Shown: positions 1-9,350 of the stretch, in pieces
How the letters are laid out: each line of letters begins with the position of its first letter
How positions within the stretch are numbered: position 1 is the stretch's first letter
Virus record (IMG/VR): IMGVR_UViG_3300039355_000083
Reading direction: 5' to 3' (one strand)
Source of the DNA: a virus
Length of the DNA stretch: 64,000 nucleotides
Position numbers and translations under genes: made by a program
The notes under the pieces: generated by a model
The model's input: only the letters and a program-made list of their open reading frames with translations
Database searches by the model: none
Told to the model about the DNA's origin: nothing

Positions 1-63
1 ATATGGCTAAGATTAGAAATAATGAATTTAAAGAAGAAGTAGAGGCAAAAGAGTTATCAATGA

Positions 64-306
64 GTGGATTTTATTAAGTTGAAATTCGACTTTCATTTTA
101 TGAGAAAGATGGTGTTACAAATGGCAAAAGTAAAAGATACAGGGTATAGAATGATTATAGAAAATCATGGTGGAAGATGGATGTTTGTTAATGATGATAT
201 TTATAGTTTTATGGAATGTTCAAATTGTAAAGAGCAGATTTTAATTAAAGATGCTGAAGGATATTGCCCTAATTGCGGAGTAAAATTAGAAGGCGTGGGA
301 GATTAA
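64..306 (+). CDS. small zinc-ribbon protein (two CxxC pairs)
   Basis: 80 aa ORF with 'CSNCKEQ' and 'CPNCG' Cys pairs. No recognisable catalytic motif. Confidence 0.4.
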   Translation: MDFIKLKFDFHFMRKMVLQMAKVKDTGYRMIIENHGGRWMFVNDDIYSFMECSNCKEQILIKDAEGYCPNCGVKLEGVGD

Positions 307-376
307 TATGGAAAAATTAAAGCAAGGTGTGTGAATTTGGAATAACTGTCAATGATTTGTTGTGAGGAGAAATTTT

Positions 377-529
377 ATGTATGATCGTAACGAAATCAAA
401 GAAATAATTGACGAAATTGTGTTTCTGAAAAAATATACATTATTTGACAAGCAGGAATATGATGAAAAAGCAAAAGTTATAGAAGAATTAAAGTCGGATT
501 TATATAATGCATTTGGAATAGATGAATAA
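377..529 (+). CDS. small hypothetical protein (50 aa)
   Basis: Not in the ORF track (<60 aa). ATG preceded by a strong RBS GAGGAG with 7-nt spacing; acidic/charged product. Confidence 0.35.
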   Translation: MYDRNEIKEIIDEIVFLKKYTLFDKQEYDEKAKVIEELKSDLYNAFGIDE

Positions 530-565
530 ACAACATAAAAGGACGGTTTTAAAGGAGTGGTAGAT

Positions 566-712
566 ATGTATAGAGTTATATATAAAGGACATAGTGGCGG
601 TTATCAGATGAGTGATGAAATGACATTGGACGCTGCAAGAAAATTTAAAGATGATTGTTTGAAAATGAATTATCCAAAAGAAAATGTTCATATTATACAA
701 ATTGTAGAATAA
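566..712 (+). CDS. small hypothetical protein (48 aa)
   Basis: Not in the ORF track. ATG preceded by AAAGGAG RBS; fills an otherwise uncovered interval on the plus strand. Confidence 0.35.
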   Translation: MYRVIYKGHSGGYQMSDEMTLDAARKFKDDCLKMNYPKENVHIIQIVE

Positions 713-721
713 GTTGAAAAA

Positions 722-976
722 TTGCTTTTAAGGAGAGGTAAAAGTATGAACAAGTATTCTTTAAGTATTAAATGGAAATTTAATGAGGAATTTGAATCAT
801 GGAACATGATTATTATATCTGACGATAGTAAAGAACATGTTACAGAAGTAATTAAAAATTATCAGAAAACAAACAATGTGGAGTTTGAATCACCAGTAGA
901 CCTTATGGATACTATTTGTGATGAATATGGATGGCAGTGGGAAGATTTTTATTATGATATTGAGATTAAATTTTGA
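722..976 (+). CDS. hypothetical phage protein
   Basis: 84 aa ORF with RBS AAGGAGAGG upstream; no recognisable motif. Confidence 0.45.
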   Translation: MLLRRGKSMNKYSLSIKWKFNEEFESWNMIIISDDSKEHVTEVIKNYQKTNNVEFESPVDLMDTICDEYGWQWEDFYYDIEIKF

Positions 977-1018
977 TGAAATAATAATTTCGGCTAAAGA
1001 AAGAATGAGGTATATGTT

Positions 1019-1273
1019 ATGGAACAATTGCTTAAACATGTAGAAGAATTGAATACAAACACTCCGGATGGTCAAATTGTTGATGCTGACACTATTTTAA
1101 AAGATATAATGGACGAACAGGATTTTGAAATAACTGGCATAGCTCAAGAAATATTTAATATTTATCATAAAAGTAGTGACAAACAAGCGGTAAAAGAAAT
1201 GTTCTTTGAATTTACCGGTATGGAATTTGATCAGTATTTGATGAAATGTAGCAGAGAAATTACACGGAAATAA
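1019..1273 (+). CDS. hypothetical phage protein
   Basis: 84 aa acidic ORF in the same orientation as its neighbours. Confidence 0.45.
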   Translation: MEQLLKHVEELNTNTPDGQIVDADTILKDIMDEQDFEITGIAQEIFNIYHKSSDKQAVKEMFFEFTGMEFDQYLMKCSREITRK

Positions 1274-1379
1274 GATTTTAGGGTTATAAGAGAACGATAC
1301 AAGAGGTAGCTAAGAGCTGCCTCTTTTTATTGTAAAAAATATAATACGATAACAATATAATAATATAGGAGCTGATAAA

Positions 1380-2042
1380 ATGAAAACAGTAAGAGAAAAA
1401 TTTTTGACAGTAGCAGAGGCTGAAAAGGCAACTGGAGTTCATTATACTGTGAATCATTCAGGAAAAATGGAAGGGATGCAGAGTTTGTCAACTAGCTGTT
1501 TATGTAATAAATATTGCAAGAATCGATCAATCAATTCCGATCTGGTATGTTCACATTGTTATGCACAAAGACAAATGAAAATGTATAAAAATTTGAATGC
1601 ATGTTTAGAGCGAAATACAAAAATTTTAACTGGTAGGATATTAAAGGAAGCAGAGATCCCAATGATCAATGCTTCCTTTTTTAGATTCGAGAGTTTTGGT
1701 GATTTAATTAATGTTACACAAGTGATTAATTATTTTCATATCTGTAAAAAGAATAAACATGTGCACTTTGCTTTATGGACAAAAAATCCTTGGATTATCG
1801 AAGAAGCGTTAGATGCCAGCGAAAAAAAGCCAAGTAACTTACAGATTATATATAGTAGCCCTTGCATTAATGATCAAGCAGATCCTGGATATGATTTTAT
1901 TGATAAGATCTTTACAGTATATGATAAAGACTACATCAGTGCACATGATGTAAGCATTAATTGCGGGGCAAAGAGCTGCCTTACATGCCATAAATGTTAT
2001 GTAAAAAGTAAAATAAAATATATCAATGAAAAACTGAAATAA
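1380..2042 (+). CDS. Cys-rich hypothetical protein (possible metal/Fe-S binding)
   Basis: 220 aa. N-terminal cluster 'SCLCNKYCKNRS...CSHCY' and C-terminal 'CGAKSCLTCHKCY'. RBS AGGAG upstream. Confidence 0.45.
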   Translation: MKTVREKFLTVAEAEKATGVHYTVNHSGKMEGMQSLSTSCLCNKYCKNRSINSDLVCSHCYAQRQMKMYKNLNACLERNTKILTGRILKEAEIPMINASFFRFESFGDLINVTQVINYFHICKKNKHVHFALWTKNPWIIEEALDASEKKPSNLQIIYSSPCINDQADPGYDFIDKIFTVYDKDYISAHDVSINCGAKSCLTCHKCYVKSKIKYINEKLK

Positions 2043-2097
2043 AATTTAATGATACATGATTAATAAAATATTGAAAACGTAAAAGAGGAGTGGTATA

Positions 2098-2670
2098 ATG
2101 AAAACAGCAATTGGTTATAAGCTTTTTAGGGTGTCTAAAAAATATCCGGGGAAATTATTTCCTCTGTATGTAAATGCAAATACGAATATTCCAATTGGAG
2201 GATGGATTAGTGCAGAACCAGGAGAAAGATTAGAAAATGGAAAGGTAAAAAGCAAACTTGGGCCATTGAGATATCGTCCTGGCTTTCATATTAATGATGC
2301 AGCTCCGTATGTCTCACATATAGGGCAAAAGGTAAATGGCAAGATTACTTATATGCGGCCGGATACTGTATGGGCTATGGTTGAATATTGTATTGATCAT
2401 GATTACTGTGAAGAAGCAGAAGCAAATGGGATTTCTGAATCTGGAAAATTTAATTATATAAAAGCTGACTTAGATTATATTCCAAAACATGGATTTTACC
2501 GGTATAAAACGTCTCCTGTAATGACTGGAGAATGGATCATTGCCGGAGAAATGAAAGTAATCAAGATATTAAGCGATCAGGAAGTCAAAGAAATTTGTGA
2601 TTCATGTGGATCAGATTATTTACCTCGAAAAGAAACAATTAATTTATCGGAATTTGGATTTGCAGCATAA
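2098..2670 (+). CDS. hypothetical protein
   Basis: 190 aa ORF with RBS AAGAGGAG; no motif recognised. Confidence 0.5.
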   Translation: MKTAIGYKLFRVSKKYPGKLFPLYVNANTNIPIGGWISAEPGERLENGKVKSKLGPLRYRPGFHINDAAPYVSHIGQKVNGKITYMRPDTVWAMVEYCIDHDYCEEAEANGISESGKFNYIKADLDYIPKHGFYRYKTSPVMTGEWIIAGEMKVIKILSDQEVKEICDSCGSDYLPRKETINLSEFGFAA

Positions 2671-2685
2671 GGAGGAAGTATTAAA

Positions 2686-3177
2686 ATGTCTAAAAAGAAA
2701 CGAAGCACTATATCAAATTTTATATGCCCAGAATGTGGACTTGAGTTCCCTATCCCAAGAAAAATTGGGCAACAGAGAGAAAAGGGGCATATTAAAGATT
2801 TGTATTGTCCGATTTGTAATAAAATACAAAAATTTACAGAATATACATATAAGCAGTCTTATAAAACATTAGAAGGTGAAATAATAGAGGAAAAACCATT
2901 AACTGACTTTAAAATAATTATGGAGGATGGTCACTCAAAAGAAGAGACCATATCATATTTAAAAAATGGAGTTCTTGTTTTTGATAAAGAAGAATTTATT
3001 GAGAACTTTAATTCTTACATGATTGAATGGTGTTTTGACAGAAGGCGAATTGAAAAATTGAAGAAGATGATAGATACAGGGGTTCCAATTCGTAATTGGG
3101 GAATAGTTACTAAAAATGGTAAAACTTATTATATTAGATATACTTGTTTAGAAAGGGGTAAGGTGATTTTAAAATGA
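2686..3177 (+). CDS. zinc-ribbon protein
   Basis: 163 aa with 'CPECG' and 'CPICN' pairs; RBS AGGAGGAAG upstream. Confidence 0.5.
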   Translation: MSKKKRSTISNFICPECGLEFPIPRKIGQQREKGHIKDLYCPICNKIQKFTEYTYKQSYKTLEGEIIEEKPLTDFKIIMEDGHSKEETISYLKNGVLVFDKEEFIENFNSYMIEWCFDRRRIEKLKKMIDTGVPIRNWGIVTKNGKTYYIRYTCLERGKVILK

Positions 3178-4007
3178 GGTTAACAAAAGAAGAAGCCAGA
3201 GCATATAAGGGATATGCTCTAACTCCTAAGCAACTCATTGAGAAAGCAAAGAAATTTTATGATGATTTAACACCCGAAGAAAGAGATGAGGAATACATTG
3301 TCTATGGAAATAATATAAAATTTGAAAAAGTGGAGGTAGAAAGGCTTACTACTGGAGAATTTTATATGCGTTGTGTTAATGACATTGAAAAAAGATATGA
3401 AGAATTTAAAAATAGGGAACGTATTTACAATTCTTCAGCTGTAGCACCATATGATCCAAGATATAAAATGGATGATTTTACAGAATCAGAAAAAATGGTA
3501 AGTTTTCTATATTATTTAATGGACAATGGATTTTCTTTAGCCATATTATATCCTGAATATCCAATCGAAGTAATAGAAATGATTTTTTGGAGTATACCGG
3601 AAGTAAGAAAGACACCACAAGAAAGAGCAGCATCAAAAATAACAGAAGAATATACTAAGTATATAAAACCAGGAGAAAAAAATGTCGGAGGAGCAGAGCT
3701 TGTTAAAAGAAGAGCGAAAGCAAATCCACCACAGACCTCTTTGACTCCAGATGAAATTGCGAGTTTTGATCGTATGAGCGAAAAATGGCTAGTAAGATGG
3801 TGTAACTTTTCTACGAATTGGTTATGGGTAGCGCCATGTTTATTATTATGTATTGTGGTGAACAAAGGACTTATTTCAGCAATTGGATTACTTTTGTTTA
3901 TGGGGATTGGAGAGTGGTATTCATGGAAAGTCAAGGAATATTGTAGTGTGATACTGCCATGGTATCAACAAGCTGGAATTATGTTAGAGAGGAGAATGAA
4001 ATTATGA
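3174..4007 (+). CDS. hypothetical protein with C-terminal transmembrane segments
   Basis: 277 aa. The hydrophobic C-terminus 'WLWVAPCLLLCIVVNKGLISAIGLLLFMGI' predicts 2 TM helices. Start overlaps the previous stop (ATGA). Confidence 0.5.
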   Translation: MRLTKEEARAYKGYALTPKQLIEKAKKFYDDLTPEERDEEYIVYGNNIKFEKVEVERLTTGEFYMRCVNDIEKRYEEFKNRERIYNSSAVAPYDPRYKMDDFTESEKMVSFLYYLMDNGFSLAILYPEYPIEVIEMIFWSIPEVRKTPQERAASKITEEYTKYIKPGEKNVGGAELVKRRAKANPPQTSLTPDEIASFDRMSEKWLVRWCNFSTNWLWVAPCLLLCIVVNKGLISAIGLLLFMGIGEWYSWKVKEYCSVILPWYQQAGIMLERRMKL

Positions 4008-4987
4008 ATGGAAGGTTGGAGCATGAATTAAAATTAAATAAGAATGTTAAGAAAATTCTTAATGATATGCCACAATGCGTGAGTGATTTTTATATGAGTA
4101 TTCAGGCTGTTCGCAGCCCGAATACTTGTTTAAATTACGTTAGAAAACTTCATCATTTCTTAGATTATATAGATGTAGAAGATATAAGCGAAATTGATGC
4201 AGATGATATCGCAAGGTATCTGGAGCATATTAAATACGTAAAAGATGGTAATGGTGAAATTAAAAAGTCGTCTGTGGCATATACTAAATTGGTATGTTGC
4301 ACATTAAATAGGTTTTTTGATTTTTTGTATCGGAGAGGAGATATTGAAAGGAATCCGATGGACAATGTAAACCGGCCTATTAGAAAAGACTCGATTAAAA
4401 GAGTGTTTTTATCAATGGATGATTTAAATGGAATATTGGGTGCCGTAAAATATTCTTACATGCCAAAAGAATGGCATTCAAGAGATTATGCTATATTATA
4501 TTTATTTATGGTTACCGGCATGAGAAAAACTGCATTAAGCGAAATTAACTTAAGTGATTTAAATTTTGAGACTCACAATTTGACTATTATCGACAAGCGA
4601 GATAAAGAACAGGTATATCAATTAAATGATGATTCCATACGTGTATTAAGAGATTGGATCCTTGATCGAGATAAAATACTATATAATATGGGGATTAAAG
4701 AGGATGCTCTTTTTATATCAAAAAATGGAAAACGTATGGATCCACAAACGATCTATTGTATGGTAGTCAAATATGCCGAGAAAGGAATTGGTAAACATGT
4801 GTCTCCGCATAAGTTAAGAGCTGCTTTTGCTTCATTATATTATAAGGAAACAAAAGATATCGTTGCTACGAAAAATGCCGTAGGACATGCGGATATACAG
4901 ACAACCAGTATTTATACAGTTGAAGAAAATAACTCAAGAAAGGAAGCAACGGAGTTTATGTCGAAAAATTTATCATCAAAAATATAG
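3959..4987 (+). CDS. tyrosine site-specific recombinase (XerC/XerD-like integrase)
   Basis: 342 aa with the catalytic-domain signature 'HKLRAAFAS...GHADIQTTSIYT' (R..HxxR..Y) and an N-terminal core-binding-like domain. The true start may be the internal ATG near 4004. Confidence 0.8.
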   Translation: MVSTSWNYVREENEIMNGRLEHELKLNKNVKKILNDMPQCVSDFYMSIQAVRSPNTCLNYVRKLHHFLDYIDVEDISEIDADDIARYLEHIKYVKDGNGEIKKSSVAYTKLVCCTLNRFFDFLYRRGDIERNPMDNVNRPIRKDSIKRVFLSMDDLNGILGAVKYSYMPKEWHSRDYAILYLFMVTGMRKTALSEINLSDLNFETHNLTIIDKRDKEQVYQLNDDSIRVLRDWILDRDKILYNMGIKEDALFISKNGKRMDPQTIYCMVVKYAEKGIGKHVSPHKLRAAFASLYYKETKDIVATKNAVGHADIQTTSIYTVEENNSRKEATEFMSKNLSSKI

Positions 4988-5025
4988 ACAAAATTAACTT
5001 TGCGTGATATAATCTGAGAAAAGAG

Positions 5026-6306
5026 GTGAGAAAAATGAATGTCGATAGAAGTATTTTAGAAGATTATTTATCCAAAAAGTTTTTTAATATCTTAATTAAT
5101 AAGAGTGAAGAACTAGAAATTTACAATTATGCATATGAGAAATATAATTATCCAAAAGGCATTTTTTCAGATTTTCTATCTAGTAGAAAGAGTATTGAAG
5201 AAGCAAATGATTATACACTTTTTGTAATTGCAGATAGTATATTAAATGCCACTAAAAAAGATTATCGCAAAAAGTTATCTGACTTTTTTACAGACAGAGA
5301 AATAAGTAAATATAGTGGGATGCGATACGAAGAACCAAATAAAATTGAATTCCCGTTGGTGTTCAATATGATTCAGGTAAGCGATGATCAATGGATAGGA
5401 TCTTTAAATGTAGATGCATTTTGCGCTCTGCAAGAATCAGGATTAATTAACTATAATCCTGTCACACAACGTGCCATGACTAAAGTAACACGAGATAATA
5501 ATGAGCTATATCGTATTACATTGAATAAGAATGCAGTAAAAGAAATTACGGCAGATATGTTGGAACATATTTATGTTCCGGATACAATCACTTTGAATAT
5601 CCCGAAAGATGATGTATACGCAGATTTTCATTATGATGAGCAATCACGTCAGCTTATTATTCATTCTTTAGAGGCATTTGATATAAACGATGGATATCAT
5701 AGATATGTATCAATGTTCCAGGCCAGAAGTAAAAATCCAAATTTTAACTATCCAATGGAGCTGAGAATTACAAACTTTGACATTGATAAATCTCGCCGTA
5801 TGATATATCAGTATGACCAGAAAACTAAAATGAGCAAACAGTTAAGCGACACATATAACTCATATGCAGCTCAGAATAAAGTGGTCCAGCGTATTAATGA
5901 AAGCAGTATGTGTAATTTGCAAGGGGAAATAAAAATAGGCGGGCTTATTGATTCAACAACTCTGGCAGAATGTATTAAGAGATTATATTTCAGTAAAAGG
6001 CAAAGTGATTCTCCTGAGCAACGAAAAGAAATCATTAGAGTATCAAAGGAATTTATCGAAGATCTTAATATGCTTACAGAAGAAGATGACAAGTATCTTG
6101 AAAAAGAATATTCAAAGAAAGAAATTATAATTCTTACGATCTTGTTTCATTATTATGATGGAAAAAATAAAATATCAATGATAGAGAACTATAAGCGTTT
6201 TCTTATTGATGATGCGGAACGTGAGGAAAAAATAATATATGATTTTTCGAGAAACTTTAATAGGATAAGGAAAAGATTAATTCCTTTTTTAGAGGAGAGA
6301 ATGTAA
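5026..6306 (+). CDS. DGQHR-domain (DndB-like, ParB/Srx-fold) protein
   Basis: 426 aa carrying a 'QR' motif ('NPVTQRAM') followed by 'NDGYHRY', which resembles the DGQHR signature of DndB-like ParB-fold proteins. Confidence 0.45.
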   Translation: MRKMNVDRSILEDYLSKKFFNILINKSEELEIYNYAYEKYNYPKGIFSDFLSSRKSIEEANDYTLFVIADSILNATKKDYRKKLSDFFTDREISKYSGMRYEEPNKIEFPLVFNMIQVSDDQWIGSLNVDAFCALQESGLINYNPVTQRAMTKVTRDNNELYRITLNKNAVKEITADMLEHIYVPDTITLNIPKDDVYADFHYDEQSRQLIIHSLEAFDINDGYHRYVSMFQARSKNPNFNYPMELRITNFDIDKSRRMIYQYDQKTKMSKQLSDTYNSYAAQNKVVQRINESSMCNLQGEIKIGGLIDSTTLAECIKRLYFSKRQSDSPEQRKEIIRVSKEFIEDLNMLTEEDDKYLEKEYSKKEIIILTILFHYYDGKNKISMIENYKRFLIDDAEREEKIIYDFSRNFNRIRKRLIPFLEERM

Positions 6307-7218
6307 ATGTATAACGAAGATAGAAAACAAAGGTTTTACGAATTTAAGTTAAAAACTGTTGCAAGCGTTACTCCTCTTGTACCTAGATTTAAGAGAGTTG
6401 CGCCGTTTGAACATATGTATCAAAAGGATTTATGTGACTTTAATTTAAATGAGATTACAGAAATGTATAAGTTGTTCAAATTTACAACATTAGAGTCTAT
6501 TATTGTAGTAAATAATACTCTTACACAATATACGGACTGGTGTGTTAATGAGAATTTAGTGTTAAATGGACAAAATATCTATGCAACTATCACACCTGAT
6601 ATGCTGGCAGCACTATTAAATAAGACATTGTTAAATCATCAGATTGTATCAAGAGATACAATTTTAACATGGATCGAAGCATTAAAGAATCCTAGAGATC
6701 GATTTATGATTCTGAGCATTTTTGAATATGGCAAGTCTAAAGATTTTGAAGACACGATTAGAGCAAAACTTGATGATATCGACGTAGAAAATCATACAAT
6801 GAAATTGTATTCCGGAAGAGTTGTAAATGTAAGTGAAGCATTAATTTTAACTGCACAAAAGAGCAATATGACAATGGAATTAACATATCCATATGGAACT
6901 AAATCCAAACTTATGGACGATGGAACCATTATAAAAAGATCTCATATTGTAAAAGATGATCCGCATTGTCTTGGAAGGCAAATGTATAATTCATTAGCGG
7001 CAGCATTGAAGTCTATAGATGTATCATATATGACTGCTGAAAAAATTAACATTTCCGGACAAATTCATATGACAAATGAATTAATCCGGAAGTATAATTC
7101 AAATAAAAACAAGATTTTATATGATGTTGAAACTCGGTCTATGATTGAACACCAATATGGAATTAAGATTAATAGATCTTCATATTTTCTTAAAAAATAT
7201 GGTGACTATTTAATATAG
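6307..7218 (+). CDS. hypothetical protein
   Basis: 303 aa, start overlapping the previous stop (TAAATG); no motif recognised. Confidence 0.45.
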   Translation: MYNEDRKQRFYEFKLKTVASVTPLVPRFKRVAPFEHMYQKDLCDFNLNEITEMYKLFKFTTLESIIVVNNTLTQYTDWCVNENLVLNGQNIYATITPDMLAALLNKTLLNHQIVSRDTILTWIEALKNPRDRFMILSIFEYGKSKDFEDTIRAKLDDIDVENHTMKLYSGRVVNVSEALILTAQKSNMTMELTYPYGTKSKLMDDGTIIKRSHIVKDDPHCLGRQMYNSLAAALKSIDVSYMTAEKINISGQIHMTNELIRKYNSNKNKILYDVETRSMIEHQYGIKINRSSYFLKKYGDYLI

Positions 7219-7275
7219 TCGCCATGTTTAAATAAAGTAACAAGTTAAATTAACTTTAATTAAAGAGAAAATGTA

Positions 7276-7626
7276 ATGAGGAACAAAAAAATGGTTAGAG
7301 AATTTGTAAAGAATGCAAGTAAAGTAGCTCAGAAAATCGATATTATGTTTGAAAAAGCAGCATATGACAATAAAACTGTTGCGGTACATTTCTCTGTAGG
7401 AGAAAAAGAATCTGCAATAATATCTCATATGCAGTTGAATCCAGTTAATATTACAGTAAATGATAATATTATCACTTTTGAAGAGGGAACAGCAGAGCAT
7501 TATATTGATATTTCTCAGTTTGATTCAGTCAAATGTGATGACGAGTGCGTTAACGATATCGCGGATGCAACAATTGATATGATGTGTGATCATTGGTCAG
7601 TACATTTTGATATTTTGACGATTTAA
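7276..7626 (+). CDS. hypothetical protein
   Basis: 116 aa ORF with an upstream RBS. Confidence 0.45.
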   Translation: MRNKKMVREFVKNASKVAQKIDIMFEKAAYDNKTVAVHFSVGEKESAIISHMQLNPVNITVNDNIITFEEGTAEHYIDISQFDSVKCDDECVNDIADATIDMMCDHWSVHFDILTI

Positions 7627-7650
7627 TTATACATAATACAGGAGGAAAAA

Positions 7651-8802
7651 ATGAACAAGATTGAAGAAATGAAAGCATTGGTTGAAAAACTTAATCAGTA
7701 CCGAGATGCTTATTATAATAATGCAGAGAGTATTGTTACGGATCATCAGTATGATGATCTGTGTGATCAGTTGGAAAAAATGGAAAAAGAAACAGGAATT
7801 ATTTTAAGTAATTCTCCAGTCCATAGTGTTGGATATGAAGTAAAAAGTAAATTAGAGAAAATTGAGCATTCACATTTAATGATGTCTCTTGATAAAACTA
7901 AAGATGTGAATATGCTTCGAAAATTTATTGGTGATAAAGATTCTTTGCTAATGTGTAAGATGGATGGATTGACAATTCTTTTGACGTATGAAGATGGAGA
8001 GCTGATCCAGGCTGAAACTCGCGGAAACGGCGTCACAGGAGAAATTATTACTCACAATGCAAAGGCGTTCGAAAATATTCCTATGCATATTAATCAGAAA
8101 GGCCACGTTGAAATCGAAGGAGAAGCTATTATTACATATACAGATTTTGAGAAAATTAATAATTTAATTAAACACGAAGAAGATAGATATAAGAATCCGC
8201 GAAATCTTGCTTCAGGATCAGTCAGACAGTTAGATAGTAAGGTAGCAGCCAAACGTCATGTTCGTTTTATAGTATGGAAAGTACCTGCCGGTATGGATGA
8301 ACTACCTTTAATGTCAGCAAGATTTGAAAAAGCAAGAGAACTTGGATTTGATATTGTACCTTATATTCGTGTATATAAAGAAAATCAGAATCTTGAAGAG
8401 CTTATTAATCTGTTAAAGGAAAAGGCAGCATACTTATCTTATCCAATTGATGGGCTTGTTGCTGCATATAATGATATCGCTTATGGATTATCACTTGGAG
8501 TCACAGATAAGTATCCACGTCACTCTCTGGCATACAAGTTTTATAATGAAGAATATATTACGACACTTATTAATATTGAATGGCAAGTTGGTAAAACCGG
8601 AATTATTTCTCCGATAGCCGTATTTGAACCTATCGAAATAGAAGGAAGTATTATAACAAAAGCTAGTTTATTTAATCTTTCTATATTAAAAGAAAAATTG
8701 GGGCATCCTTATGTTGGACAAAAATTATGGATAATTAAAGCAAACCAAGTAATTCCATATATTACAAAAGCAGAAATGGTGGATGATAAATGGATAATAT
8801 AA
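7651..8802 (+). CDS. ligA: NAD-dependent DNA ligase, N-terminal fragment (Ia + adenylation + OB domains)
   Basis: Adenylation motif 'CKMDGL' (KxDG) and a LigA-like N-terminus 'LNQYRDAYYNNAESIVTDHQYDDL'. The ORF ends at the expected OB/Zn-finger domain boundary. Confidence 0.8.
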   Translation: MNKIEEMKALVEKLNQYRDAYYNNAESIVTDHQYDDLCDQLEKMEKETGIILSNSPVHSVGYEVKSKLEKIEHSHLMMSLDKTKDVNMLRKFIGDKDSLLMCKMDGLTILLTYEDGELIQAETRGNGVTGEIITHNAKAFENIPMHINQKGHVEIEGEAIITYTDFEKINNLIKHEEDRYKNPRNLASGSVRQLDSKVAAKRHVRFIVWKVPAGMDELPLMSARFEKARELGFDIVPYIRVYKENQNLEELINLLKEKAAYLSYPIDGLVAAYNDIAYGLSLGVTDKYPRHSLAYKFYNEEYITTLINIEWQVGKTGIISPIAVFEPIEIEGSIITKASLFNLSILKEKLGHPYVGQKLWIIKANQVIPYITKAEMVDDKWII

Positions 8803-9350
8803 AAATAGAAATATGGAAAGATATAATAGGATATGAGGGGTATTATCAAATAAGTAATTTAGGTAATGTTAAAAGTTTGAATAGAATTGTAAAAAATAAA
8901 AATGGTTATAGAAATACTGGCGAAAGATTATTAAAAATTTATTTACCTAAAGATAGTCAGCATTATCCATTTGTTATTTTATGCAAGAATGGAAAAACTG
9001 AAAACAAATTAATACATCGTTTAGTAGCCACAGCATTTGTAACTAATGACAATCCTATACATAAAACACAGGTAAATCATATAGATGAAAATAAAATGAA
9101 TAATAGTTCTGATAATTTAGAATGGTGTACTCCTAAATATAATGCAGAATATGGAACAAGAATAGAACGTACTAAAAAATCTACAACAAATAATCAATCG
9201 TGGAAGCGCGTTTTATGCGAAGAAACAGGTAAGACATACAGGTCTATTCGTTCAGCGTCTATGGATACAGGTGATTGCGAACACACCATTGCAAGAATGT
9301 GTAACGGATTAAAAACTAAAAATCTAAAATACCATTGGAGGTATGTATAA
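8790..9350 (+). CDS. HNH homing endonuclease (NUMOD4 + HNH_3 type)
   Basis: N-terminal 'WKDIIGYEGYYQISNLGNVKS' (NUMOD4-like) and 'HRLVA...VNHIDENKMNNSSDNLEWCT' (HNH). It overlaps the ligA N-fragment stop and the C-fragment start in different frames. Confidence 0.75.
   Translation: MDNIKIEIWKDIIGYEGYYQISNLGNVKSLNRIVKNKNGYRNTGERLLKIYLPKDSQHYPFVILCKNGKTENKLIHRLVATAFVTNDNPIHKTQVNHIDENKMNNSSDNLEWCTPKYNAEYGTRIERTKKSTTNNQSWKRVLCEETGKTYRSIRSASMDTGDCEHTIARMCNGLKTKNLKYHWRYV

Noticed and set aside
3512-3934. Minus-strand ORFs (3512-3934, 500-700, 890-1075, 4165-4365, 5871-6092, 7228-7500, 7767-8036, 11871-12110, 12246-12575 and others)
   Set aside because: All lie wholly inside well-supported plus-strand genes, lack RBSs and have low-complexity or hydrophobic compositions typical of antisense shadow ORFs in AT-rich DNA. 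The window appears to be transcribed essentially on one strand.
7241-7267. PacI restriction sites (TTAATTAA) within the recurrent motif as evidence of restriction avoidance or targeting
   Set aside because: The octamer is simply the palindromic core of the AT-rich regulatory motif. At this base composition its recurrence says nothing about restriction-modification.
8790-9350. Intein or group I intron as the cause of the ligA split
   Set aside because: The HNH ORF is in different frames from both ligase fragments and overlaps each by only a few nt, so it cannot be an in-frame intein. There is no ~250-nt non-coding RNA core for a group I/II intron. A free-standing homing endonuclease insertion is the simplest reading.
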